64,000 nucleotides of DNA, taken from positions 1,177 through 65,176 of the forward strand of contig CAZXKC010000003.1 in the NCBI GenBank assembly GCA_964641225.1, read 5' to 3'. Positions 7,932-16,654 of this stretch are shown here, one piece after another; the first letter of the stretch is position 1; the number at the start of each line of letters is the position of its first letter. The position numbers were made by a program, and so were the translations under genes. The notes below the pieces were generated by a model. The model was given only the letters and a program-made list of their open reading frames with translations. It did not search any database and was not told the DNA's origin. Source of the DNA: an uncultured Candidatus Saccharibacteria bacterium. GTDB lineage: Bacteria; Patescibacteriota; Minisyncoccia; UBA6257; 1-14-0-10-44-23.

Positions 7932-9065
7932 CTAGGCTTCGCCGGTCTTCCTTCCTTGAACATTTTTTAAGAACTGCTCTAGATCCTCTTTGCCCAAAAG
8001 GTATTTAACCTCCTTATTTTTTCCGTCAAAATCGATATTCCTTATAATTTCCACCTGCCTATTTTCTTCAATCTTTCCATAGCCATACGAGCCGAAGGTT
8101 GTACCGACATTTTCATGCCCCAGACTTTGACTTATAGCTTTTTTCTGCTCCTCCGTTAGGGGTAGTTTGGATATCTCTTTCACCAATAAATGCCTCAAAG
8201 TGTGCGGATGATAATACTGAACCCCAGCCTGCTCAAATCTTTTTTCAAAAATTTTTCGTGAAGGTGAAGAGCTCTTCCAGAAAATCGGATCAACTTCGCC
8301 GGTGCTATAATAGCTTAGATTTTCTTTCCCATTCTCTCTCTTGGTCGCCGGAAAAATTGGATCATTCGGCTTGAACCCTTTTTGCTTCTCCAAATAATTG
8401 AACCATTGAATAAAATAATTCAGTGGTTCTTTATAAGAGAAGGGGATCAAGGCAGAAACGATCCTCTTGGAAAATTTTGTTGCGACACCCAAACTTGGAT
8501 CTTGGTCGATTGTTAATTGCTCCCTATCAAAACTTCTCATAGGAAGAGTGATAACGGCAGAAATTCTTGCGCCAGTTAAAAAGATTAACGATAACAGGGC
8601 CCTGTCTCTCATCTCAATCTCGGAGACGCCCTTGATATGCTCGATTACAGTCCTGACCTCTTCGATGCTCGGAAATTTGACACTTTTAGACTGCGTAGCA
8701 ATTCTGACTTCAGCTTTCGATAAATTCAGGTAGTCGATCGCCGTTTGATTGATTTTCGACTTGTAACCAGACTGCTTGGATAGCCAGCCAAAAAATACCT
8801 TCAAAAATCGCAGTACGTCATAGCAATAAGAAAGGCTGACTTTCGTTTCAGATTTATCTTTATGCTTTGCCCGCAGCCAATCCTTGAACCCCTCGGCCAG
8901 CGTTTTGTTGAAATTAACGAAATCGGCCTTGCGAGTGAAATCTTCCCAGACCCAAATTGCTTGCTCGTAGCATTCGCTAGTGCTTTCCGAAAATCCTTTT
9001 GAATTTTTAAGATATTCAAAAAATCGTCTCTTAATTAGTTCGTTTTTGTAGGCTACTGAAACCAT
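7932..9065 (-). CDS. Tyrosine recombinase/integrase
   Basis: RDRALL...TGARISA (catalytic R), HTLRH, LGHEN...TFGSYG (catalytic Y). Confidence 0.92.
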   Translation of the reverse strand: MVSVAYKNELIKRRFFEYLKNSKGFSESTSECYEQAIWVWEDFTRKADFVNFNKTLAEGFKDWLRAKHKDKSETKVSLSYCYDVLRFLKVFFGWLSKQSGYKSKINQTAIDYLNLSKAEVRIATQSKSVKFPSIEEVRTVIEHIKGVSEIEMRDRALLSLIFLTGARISAVITLPMRSFDREQLTIDQDPSLGVATKFSKRIVSALIPFSYKEPLNYFIQWFNYLEKQKGFKPNDPIFPATKRENGKENLSYYSTGEVDPIFWKSSSPSRKIFEKRFEQAGVQYYHPHTLRHLLVKEISKLPLTEEQKKAISQSLGHENVGTTFGSYGYGKIEENRQVEIIRNIDFDGKNKEVKYLLGKEDLEQFLKNVQGRKTGEA

Positions 9066-9129
9066 ATTTTTACTTTTGATCGATTAATGATGTTAAGTGG
9101 GACATTTACGGGTAGAAGCGAATAACCTA

Positions 9130-9531
9130 TCAATCTGGTTGGGATACCCTTAGAAATCTGTTGAGCCGCGTACCGCAGACCTCGCAAATTCCGATTTTGT
9201 TTAGCTGCTCCAGATGCGCCCTCCCAATCATTTTGCCAGTCTTGGTTATTTTTTCGCTCCCTGATCTTGCTTTAACGGCCTTATGGCACTTCATACAAAA
9301 AAATTCATCTTTACTTAGACTTTTCGCCCTTTTCGCCTTTTTTTCTTTGATAAAGCAGATCAGGTCTACCCCCATCACTAACAAAGGGTTTACCCCTTTT
9401 TCAATAACTTTTAGACCCCCGTCTTTTAACCAACGATGACAAGTCTTTCTATCTACCTGCAGAAGAGAAGCTATTTCGCTGATCGAATAGCTTCTCTTCG
9501 CCTTTATTAGATGGACATTATAATTAGGCAT
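9130..9531 (-). CDS. HTH (excisionase-like) protein with C-terminal Cys4 zinc finger
   Basis: YSISEIASLLQVDRKTCHRWLKDG; CMKC...CEVCG. Confidence 0.8.
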   Translation of the reverse strand: MPNYNVHLIKAKRSYSISEIASLLQVDRKTCHRWLKDGGLKVIEKGVNPLLVMGVDLICFIKEKKAKRAKSLSKDEFFCMKCHKAVKARSGSEKITKTGKMIGRAHLEQLNKIGICEVCGTRLNRFLRVSQPD

Positions 9532-9721
9532 CGGTTTGGCCAGTCTGCTTACGGCGCTCCTGGACCAAATCAAATTCCGCCTGGGTCATCGGGCGATAAA
9601 TAAGCTGCATCAGCCGCAGGAGCTTCACGCCTTTCTCGTAGGCTTCTTCGCGGCTGATTTCTTTACCAAAATTTTTTAGGTAAAGCGCTTGAAAACTTTT
9701 GATTTGGTCATCGGAAAGCAT
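9524..9721 (-). CDS. Small hypothetical protein of the island integration module
   Basis: 65 aa helical; overlaps the start of the next gene by 8 nt. Confidence 0.75.
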   Translation of the reverse strand: MLSDDQIKSFQALYLKNFGKEISREEAYEKGVKLLRLMQLIYRPMTQAEFDLVQERRKQTGQTDA

Positions 9722-9730
9722 TATGACCCA

Positions 9731-10147
9731 CTAAAATGAATGGGTGCGGTTAACATTGATTGACCAAACTTCCTTCTTCTCGCCATCATCAATGCGGAAA
9801 ATCTGCCATTCGTCGAACTCGGTAATAAAGTCGTAATTTGCGTATTGCCGAGCATCAGCCTCGTTCTTAAACGACCCCGCTAACACGAACTCCATCCGGT
9901 AGGCATTCTTATTCCGATGGTAAACATCGAAATGGACAGGTTCTTTTTCTGCGCCCTTATTCCGCTCGAGCATCTCGTTGAAATCAACGACTTGGTGGAT
10001 CTTATCCTGAATAAAGCACATCCAGTCTTCTTGGATCGCATCAAATACTTGATTATTCTCATTCTTAGTAAGACTTCGGCCGATACACGTTTCTGCTTCG
10101 TCTTGTACCATTTCCTCATTGATGAGGAACTTATTCTTGTAACTCAT
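9731..10147 (-). CDS. Hypothetical protein (138 aa, acidic)
   Basis: Operon-like spacing; no family recognised. Confidence 0.7.
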   Translation of the reverse strand: MSYKNKFLINEEMVQDEAETCIGRSLTKNENNQVFDAIQEDWMCFIQDKIHQVVDFNEMLERNKGAEKEPVHFDVYHRNKNAYRMEFVLAGSFKNEADARQYANYDFITEFDEWQIFRIDDGEKKEVWSINVNRTHSF

Positions 10148-10173
10148 TTTTTTATTAATTTATTTTTACTGTC

Positions 10174-10419
10174 CTAACGGTGGAGGAGATTTTTTAACAT
10201 CCGGACGTTGTCGAAAAACTTCCGCGCCTTCACTTCTAGCTGATCCACAAAATATTCGTTGGCCGTTTTTTCGATCCCTTTTCGGGAATAAAAAACGAAC
10301 CGCACTTTGTGCGGATCTTGCTTATTGAGGCCCACTAACTCAAAGCCCGCGCTTACGAGCGCAGCGGCGCAACCCAAATCTGTTATGCTGTAATTCTCTA
10401 TTTCGACCCTTTTGACCAT
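10174..10419 (-). CDS. DUF5659-like small protein
   Basis: TDLGCAAALVSAGFEL...VRFVF...Y....L.V.A..FF...R.LK pattern. Confidence 0.7.
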   Translation of the reverse strand: MVKRVEIENYSITDLGCAAALVSAGFELVGLNKQDPHKVRFVFYSRKGIEKTANEYFVDQLEVKARKFFDNVRMLKNLLHR

Positions 10420-10525
10420 AGTAATTTGTATTAATTAGTTGGTAATAGGTGCATTTTCCGGAAACGAAAAAGGCACGCCCTGAGCGTACCTAGCTTCGTT
10501 TGAGTCATTCGGGAGTCAGAAAATG

Positions 10526-11245
10526 CTATTTTTCTGAATGACTCAGTTTTTCAATTGTTTTCGGATTTATTCGTGCCGTAGCCCCTTGATATTCAATAAA
10601 ATCCTTTATGCCCAAATCCTTTTCTATCCTGGTATTTAGCAATCGTTGCGCATCGTAAAATGCCTGCTTACTATCCCGATTAAAATGATCAACAACGTCA
10701 GCCTCTTCCACCCAGACTCCAGCAGGCTTTTTAAAAAGCGCCTGACATAAAACCCACTGGTTTCCTACAGGTATTTCTGATTTTTTACCTAAAAAAATTA
10801 TAGTCCGTTCTTCTTCGTTTAAAAAAGGACGATTGTCTGTTTTTGGTTTGACGGCTACATTCCTCTTGAGAGGTTTTGCTTTTGCGAGCACCTCAGCCTC
10901 TTTCAGAAAATCGCCGGCTGATTTATTGCGCAAATCGCCCTCATAAATTTTTGCCAAGGCAGTAAATACAGACACGTTGATTTTTATCTTATAACCTATC
11001 GGGGGCACTCTCACGAATGGATTGAACGTGAACAAAGAAGTTTCTGGTTGTATGTCCGCGATGTGCTCAACTGCACCGAGATTAATAAGCCAACGAACAA
11101 CGCGTTTCTGTTCGCGCTCTAGGGGAGCATCCTCTCCTTGAACAAAGGTAAACCGAAGAGGATCGGGCCCGGAAACAAGCATTTCAGCCTGAAGCTCATT
11201 TAATACCCATTGAATGGCTTTATTGAACTTTTCTTCTGCGGTCAT
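10526..11245 (-). CDS. Hypothetical protein with probable C-terminal winged-helix DNA-binding domain
   Basis: QWVLCQALF...AFYDAQRLLNTRIEKDLGIKDFIEY...RINP resembles an OmpR-type wHTH; start refined to ATG 11245. Confidence 0.6.
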   Translation of the reverse strand: MTAEEKFNKAIQWVLNELQAEMLVSGPDPLRFTFVQGEDAPLEREQKRVVRWLINLGAVEHIADIQPETSLFTFNPFVRVPPIGYKIKINVSVFTALAKIYEGDLRNKSAGDFLKEAEVLAKAKPLKRNVAVKPKTDNRPFLNEEERTIIFLGKKSEIPVGNQWVLCQALFKKPAGVWVEEADVVDHFNRDSKQAFYDAQRLLNTRIEKDLGIKDFIEYQGATARINPKTIEKLSHSEK

Positions 11246-11319
11246 AGCAATCGTAATAGTAATCGTAATTACACATAATCTACGCCCCTTTTTGCCATTA
11301 CGCAATTAAGAGCTAGGTG

Positions 11320-11348
11320 TTGATAAGAGTCGTTATTGGAGTTAACAT
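11320..11348 (+). promoter_or_regulatory. Sigma70 promoter for the structured leader and surface protein
   Basis: TTGATA-17 bp-TAACAT. Confidence 0.6.
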
Positions 11349-11368
11349 AAACCCAACAACTTAATATG

Positions 11369-11545
11369 TGCGCCTAAACCGGTGGAAACGCCGGCATGGC
11401 CAAAAGTCCAGTTAGACATAAAGAACCCATCACGTGGGGTCGTCTAACTGGCCATACCGGGAAACTGGTATGAGTGGCGCAAGCTGCTACCTACGCGATG
11501 GGCTTTTTGGTCGGTAAAAAGCTCCTCTACGTGGGGAGCATTTTT
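11369..11545 (+). ncRNA. Unrecognised multi-stem structured RNA (cis-regulatory leader or sRNA)
   Basis: Closing stem TGCGCC/GGCGCA, two GAAA-tetraloop hairpins, perfect 10-bp CCAGTTAGAC/GTCTAACTGG stem, then a long hairpin followed by a T-tract. Confidence 0.6.
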
Positions 11546-11575
11546 GTAATCGACAAAATAACCCAACACAAAAAT

Positions 11576-13084
11576 ATGCAAACATTCTTTTTCCTCTTAC
11601 TTATTCTCTCGTTGATTGGTCTCATCATCGGACTCATAAAACCATCACGGATAAAAATGCCATCGCGCAAGCGCGTAGGTATGATCTTCGGCGGCGCGGC
11701 AGTTCTATTTTTCATTCTCATTGGAGTCGCTGCGCCTTCACGATCACCCGCCAGTAGCACCGCAGCTCTTCCTCAACAATCACAAGCTGGCTCGTTCATC
11801 GATAAGGCAATGGGCGACGATGTTGTATTGGCGACTTTGCAATTCAAAGTCCTAGATGTGAAAGAACAGAATGCTATAAAGGGCACCTTTGGAACTTCGG
11901 TTGCCCCTAACCCGGGCGCTAAGTTCGTGGTTATTAAGCTTGAAGTCACTAATTTAACTAATTCCAATATTTACTATCCAAATGATATACCGCTTGTTGA
12001 TGGCCAGGGGAGGCAATACGCTAACTACGATAAAACAATCGGAAATATCGACAATTATCTTGATGTAGCCGTATTGGCACCGAGCATTCCCAGGCAAGGT
12101 TTTGTCGTCTATGAAGTTCCAGTGAGCTCGACGAGCTACTTCTTAGAATCAGGCAAGACTGGAACCAACGATATTTATCGCGTGAAACTTGAGCCCTCAG
12201 CGTCAGCTCCAATAAAGCAGGCTGCAACAACGCCTACGCCTGTTCAACCAGTAAAGACCGTTACTCAAACGCCGCCTCCACCGCAAAAATCAACAAGCAG
12301 TATTAAGGCGAATGGATCGACGGGATCAATCACCATTCCGTACAATACACCAGCAACTATAAGTTGGAGCTCGACAAATACAACGTTCTGTAACGTATCG
12401 CCTTCGGGATGGACAGGGGGATCTGGCAGTCAAAACACAGATAATCTAACTACTAAACAGACCTACACACTTTTCTGCACGGGTGTAGATGGTGTGTCCA
12501 CGCCAAATGTAAGTGTAACGGTAAATGTTCAAAGTGCGCCCCCAGTACCGATAACCCTCTCGGGAAGCGGTCAACAAGCCACTCAGCAATTCACCTTACA
12601 GCAAGGATTGTCTGTCTTCACAATGCAGAATAGCGGCCAGAGCAATTTCATCGTGCATCTTTTGAATAGCAGCGGGAATACAGTGGAAGGTCTTGCGAAT
12701 GTAATCGGCAGTTTTTCGGGCTCACAAGCCGTAAAGATATCCGTTCAAGGAAGCTATCTCCTGAATGTTGACTCCGACGGGCCTTGGACAATTACTATAA
12801 CTCAACCACGAACTACGAGTGCTCCCTCGAGCGCAAATTTAAGCGGCAGGGGACCGGAAGCTACCGCCTTCTTCTCTTTGTCTTCTGGACTCCATATGTT
12901 CGCTTTTACGCATGACGGATCTAGTAATTTTATCGTGCATCTGCTTGATAAAAACGGGAATTCGGTAGAGAGCCTGGTGAACGAAATCGGCGCATATAGC
13001 GGATCAAAAGCAGAGTATATATCTAGTGGTATTTATCTACTGAACGTAGAGGCTGATGGCAACTGGGCTGTGCAGATACAGTAA
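11576..13084 (+). CDS. Membrane-anchored surface protein: 2 TM, DUF4352-like domain, P/T linker, Ig-like domain, two tandem ~90-aa beta repeats
   Basis: KLEVTN...LVDGQGRQY...GFVVYEVP; duplicated LSG.G..AT..F.L..GL..F....G.SNFIVHLL...GN.VE.L.N.IG..SGS.A....G.YLLNV..DG.W. Confidence 0.8.
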   Translation: MQTFFFLLLILSLIGLIIGLIKPSRIKMPSRKRVGMIFGGAAVLFFILIGVAAPSRSPASSTAALPQQSQAGSFIDKAMGDDVVLATLQFKVLDVKEQNAIKGTFGTSVAPNPGAKFVVIKLEVTNLTNSNIYYPNDIPLVDGQGRQYANYDKTIGNIDNYLDVAVLAPSIPRQGFVVYEVPVSSTSYFLESGKTGTNDIYRVKLEPSASAPIKQAATTPTPVQPVKTVTQTPPPPQKSTSSIKANGSTGSITIPYNTPATISWSSTNTTFCNVSPSGWTGGSGSQNTDNLTTKQTYTLFCTGVDGVSTPNVSVTVNVQSAPPVPITLSGSGQQATQQFTLQQGLSVFTMQNSGQSNFIVHLLNSSGNTVEGLANVIGSFSGSQAVKISVQGSYLLNVDSDGPWTITITQPRTTSAPSSANLSGRGPEATAFFSLSSGLHMFAFTHDGSSNFIVHLLDKNGNSVESLVNEIGAYSGSKAEYISSGIYLLNVEADGNWAVQIQ

Positions 13085-13141
13085 GCTTCTAATTCACTTA
13101 AACTCGTGCTAGTTTGAATCTAAATTAAAGCGCCGTAAATT

Positions 13142-13498
13142 ATGCTTCATCTCATCCATAATGGTTTCAAGGAGCCCACAAGAGAAGCCGCTGATTTGAA
13201 AAAGGAGCTTGAAAAAAGAGGGATAAAAGTTTATATCGAATTAAATGACGGATATAAGCACGTAGATTTGGCTCTCCCAAAGGCTAAGCTCAACGTTGAG
13301 GTAGATGGCATCCACCATCTCACTAATCCGAAACAGATCGTTGCAGATCTTGCGCGGGGTTATTACTCCAACAAGCTAGGTTACGATACGATGCATATTC
13401 CGAATGAAATGATACGCCTCCATTTGGAAGATATAGCGAATGGACTCGCCGAAGCCTCAAAAATACGAGAAAAGAAAATTCGTGTTCATCTAGCCTAA
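13142..13498 (+). CDS. DUF559 / Vsr-like endonuclease-fold protein
   Basis: HVDLALPKAKLNVEVDGIHH...DLAR...LGYDTMHIPN. Confidence 0.8.
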   Translation: MLHLIHNGFKEPTREAADLKKELEKRGIKVYIELNDGYKHVDLALPKAKLNVEVDGIHHLTNPKQIVADLARGYYSNKLGYDTMHIPNEMIRLHLEDIANGLAEASKIREKKIRVHLA

Positions 13499-13564
13499 AG
13501 GGTTGGTCTTATTTAGCTAATACAGCTTGATATGCTCCGGCAATTATAAACACTCACCAAATTA

Positions 13565-13597
13565 AACAACCCTCTGTAGAATTTACGGAGGGTTGTT
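13565..13597. terminator. Terminator between convergent genes
   Basis: AACAACCCTCTGTAGA..TTTACGGAGGGTTGTT. Confidence 0.7.
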
Positions 13598-13609
13598 CTG
13601 ATCAATAGG

Positions 13610-14071
13610 TTATTTGGCTGGATACCAGGTCTTGTACCAGCCCTGCATCATTTCGATTTCTTTAGTTTGGGCCGTGATGATGTCGTCAGCAAGTTTTTTC
13701 ATCTCCGGTCGAGCTGTTCGAGCTTTAAGCATGGTTGCCATCATAACAGCGGCCTGGTGGTGCGGGATCATTTCCTCAATGAACGCCTTATCAATATCAG
13801 CCGCACCCATCATCGTTGCGCCGCTGCCCATCGCAGAGCTACCGCTCATCATGTTATTACCCATCATACCGACGCTCATCGTGCCGGTTTGAGTACCACC
13901 ATTTTGACTTACGGAGCAGCCGGTAGGGCCGCATTGGGTCCCTAACTGACCCTGCATCATAGTCGTTTGGGCATTACGTGAAGCGCCCCATCCGTTTGGG
14001 AAAAATAGAGTCATAATCAGAAGCCCGACAACTACACCGCCGAGAGCATGCAATACATTTTGCTTGTTCAT
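13610..14071 (-). CDS. DUF305 (CopM-like) Met-rich copper-binding protein
   Basis: DKAFIEEMIPHHQAAVMMA...LADDIITAQTKEIEMMQGW. Confidence 0.88.
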   Translation of the reverse strand: MNKQNVLHALGGVVVGLLIMTLFFPNGWGASRNAQTTMMQGQLGTQCGPTGCSVSQNGGTQTGTMSVGMMGNNMMSGSSAMGSGATMMGAADIDKAFIEEMIPHHQAAVMMATMLKARTARPEMKKLADDIITAQTKEIEMMQGWYKTWYPAK

Positions 14072-14086
14072 ATAGTTAATTATTTT

Positions 14087-16225
14087 TTAGATTACTTCTT
14101 TACGCAATAGCATTGCGTTTGCCGCCACAATTACTGTCGATACTGACATTAGGAGCGCCGCAATCGCTGGCTGCAATATGATTCCATAGCCGGCCAACAC
14201 ACCAGCCGCCAGCGGCATCGCTACGATGTTGTAGCCAGCCGCCCACCAGAGATTCTGAATCATCTTGGTGTACGTACGTCGCGAGAGCTTGATAATCCGA
14301 ACAATATCACGCGGATCGTTTTTCACCAAAATGATCCCAGCTGACTCTATGGCTACATTCGTACCTGCGCCAATCGCAATGCCAACATCGGCCTGCGTAA
14401 GCGCCGGAGCATCATTAATGCCGTCGCCAACCATTGCCACTTTTTTACCTTCTGCTTGTAATTCTTTTATTTTCGCAGCTTTTTGATCCGGAAGTACGCG
14501 GGCAAAGGTGCGATCCAGTCCGAGCTCGTTTGAGACCCACTGCGCAACTTCTTCAGAGTCGCCGGTAATCATTACCGTGCTGACGCCGAAAGATTTAAGA
14601 GTGGTAATCGCTTCTTTCGACTCTTCGCGGATAATGTCAGTCAGCGCGATGTAGCCAATTACCGAACCATTAGCAATGACATACACAAGTGTCTTGCCGC
14701 CGGCAGCTGCGGTTTTAGTCGCCTGTATGTGTTCCTTTGCGAGTGATGTTCCGGCTTCTGCTAATATAGCTTCGCCACCAACCATAACTGTCTTGTCCTG
14801 CACCTTGCCGCTTACGCCTTTACCAGCGATTCGTTTGAAGTCGCCGACCGATTGCAGTGCCACGTTTCGTTTCTTCGCCTCATTGACTATGGCTTTAGCG
14901 ATAAAATGTTCGGAGTGGCTGTCTACGCTGGCAGCAAGAGCCAATACTTCATTTGGCGTTATATTTCCTATTGTTTGGAGGGTTGTAACACCGTACGTCC
15001 CTGTTGTAAGGGTGCCAGTTTTATCAAAGACAACTATATCAACGGTGCGTGCCGCCTCCAGTACGCGACGCTCACGTACGAGAAAGCCGCTACGCGCTGC
15101 CTTTGTGGTCGAGATTGAGGCGATAAGGGGCACGGCCAAGCCAAGTGCGTGCGGACAGGCAATGACTAATACGGCTACCAGCCGTTCAATCGCCATAGTC
15201 CAGTCTTTAGCCACTACAACCCACGCAACAAGCGTAACTAGGCCAACGATGACGGCAATGATCGTTAGATAGAATGCTGCCCGATCAGCAAGCAGCTGGA
15301 CTCTACTCTTTGAAGCCTGGGCCTGTGCTACTAGCCGCATTACTCCGGAAAGAAATGTATCTTTACCGATTTTAGTTACTCGGATAGTCAACGATCCGTC
15401 ACCGTTAATCGTGCCAGCAACAACTTGGTCACCCGTTTTTTTGGCGACTGGTTTTGATTCGCCGGTCATCATTGACTCATCAATATGCGACTCACCCTTT
15501 TCAACCAGACCATCTGCCGGGACGCGCCCGCCAGGGCGAACGAATACCATGTCATTAACCTTGAGCTGATCAAGTGGGATCATCTCCTGCTTACCATCTC
15601 TAATAACTTCGGCAGTATCGGGTAGTAACTTTGAAAGCTCACGTAATGCCCCCTGCGCACCCTTAACCGCTCGCATCTCCAGATAATGACCGAGAAGCAT
15701 GATCGTGATGAGCGTTGAGAGCTCCCAGAAGAGCGTTTCAGCTCCACCAAGCAGTACTGACCCGACACTGTAGCTATAGGCAGCGATAACAGCGATCGCA
15801 ATGAGCGTCATCATTCCTGGAGCTTTGCCGCGCAGTTCACGCCATGCGCTGGCAAGAAATATCCAGCCGCAATACCAGAAGATGACGGAGGCAAGAGCAA
15901 GCGAAATGTACGCATTGCCGTTATTCAGATGTAGCCAGACAATCGGGATTGTGAGCGCCAAGCTAACCCAAAATTTAACTAAGAAGTCATTGGTCTTGTG
16001 ACCTTCATGCTTATCATGATTTTGGGGCGCAGTTTGTTTAGGGCGCGCATTGAGCGCCTTTTCTACGTTGTCTGCGCAACAGGCATGAGCGTCATTGTGA
16101 TGCGCTTTTGTTTTTTTGTCTCCAGCCGGTACAAGTGCCATGCCACATTCCGGACACATCCCGGGGGTATCACTGACCACCTCGGGGTGCATCGGGCAGG
16201 TATATGTTTTTACATTGTGTTCCAT
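14087..16225 (-). CDS. copB: Copper-translocating P1B-type ATPase (CPH, CopB type) with N-terminal heavy-metal-binding domain
   Basis: YTCPMHPEV...CPECGM, TGES, ACPHALG, DKTGT, GDGINDAP, YN and MSVST. Confidence 0.93.
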   Translation of the reverse strand: MEHNVKTYTCPMHPEVVSDTPGMCPECGMALVPAGDKKTKAHHNDAHACCADNVEKALNARPKQTAPQNHDKHEGHKTNDFLVKFWVSLALTIPIVWLHLNNGNAYISLALASVIFWYCGWIFLASAWRELRGKAPGMMTLIAIAVIAAYSYSVGSVLLGGAETLFWELSTLITIMLLGHYLEMRAVKGAQGALRELSKLLPDTAEVIRDGKQEMIPLDQLKVNDMVFVRPGGRVPADGLVEKGESHIDESMMTGESKPVAKKTGDQVVAGTINGDGSLTIRVTKIGKDTFLSGVMRLVAQAQASKSRVQLLADRAAFYLTIIAVIVGLVTLVAWVVVAKDWTMAIERLVAVLVIACPHALGLAVPLIASISTTKAARSGFLVRERRVLEAARTVDIVVFDKTGTLTTGTYGVTTLQTIGNITPNEVLALAASVDSHSEHFIAKAIVNEAKKRNVALQSVGDFKRIAGKGVSGKVQDKTVMVGGEAILAEAGTSLAKEHIQATKTAAAGGKTLVYVIANGSVIGYIALTDIIREESKEAITTLKSFGVSTVMITGDSEEVAQWVSNELGLDRTFARVLPDQKAAKIKELQAEGKKVAMVGDGINDAPALTQADVGIAIGAGTNVAIESAGIILVKNDPRDIVRIIKLSRRTYTKMIQNLWWAAGYNIVAMPLAAGVLAGYGIILQPAIAALLMSVSTVIVAANAMLLRKEVI

Positions 16226-16231
16226 GGGTGG

Positions 16232-16375
16232 TTAATGACAGCCGCTATGAGGATTCTCGCCCGACTTTTTATCGCTGGCAGGTTCAGCATGATGTTTGTG
16301 GCCCCTCAACATCATCCAGATGTGCGTAGCAATGCACAGGCCGACCAGAATGTATAAGGCAGTAGTGCTGTTCAT
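16232..16375 (-). CDS. 47-aa His/Cys membrane peptide (DUF2933-like); not in ORF track
   Basis: Hand-translated: MNSTTALYILVGLCIATHIWMMLRGHKHHAEPASDKKSGENPHSGCH; fills the operon gap. Confidence 0.8.
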   Translation of the reverse strand: MNSTTALYILVGLCIATHIWMMLRGHKHHAEPASDKKSGENPHSGCH

Positions 16376-16377
16376 GG

Positions 16378-16632
16378 TTATTTTTTAATTCCGTTGAACA
16401 GCGCAGCAAACAGCCAGACCGCCAGCAAGCCAACGATATTCCAGATGACTAAGCCGGAGATAAACGTACCGATTGTCAGGACATTATCAACCGTCCCAAC
16501 ATTCATATGCAGCGCGTACATCATGAACCCTGGGCGGATACTGCCGAACATAGCTACGCCCACGAAACAGATCACATAGACAATACTGGTCCAAGCCGAC
16601 GCAACTTTCAGAAGATGCTTTATGTTGATCAT
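16378..16632 (-). CDS. DUF5676-like membrane protein
   Basis: 84 aa, 2 TM, YVIC...H motif, copper-operon context. Confidence 0.75.
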   Translation of the reverse strand: MINIKHLLKVASAWTSIVYVICFVGVAMFGSIRPGFMMYALHMNVGTVDNVLTIGTFISGLVIWNIVGLLAVWLFAALFNGIKK

Positions 16633-16654
16633 AGTTTTGATTAATTAAGATTAA

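Noticed and set aside
11249-11272. AATCGT/AATAGT hexamer repeats upstream of the wHTH-like gene
   Set aside because: Short, single-armed and consistent with simple slippage.
11369-11481. c-di-AMP (ydaO) riboswitch assignment
   Set aside because: Only short words resemble it; the conserved GCUGAAUCC/GGAACC/GGGGxxAAU elements are missing.
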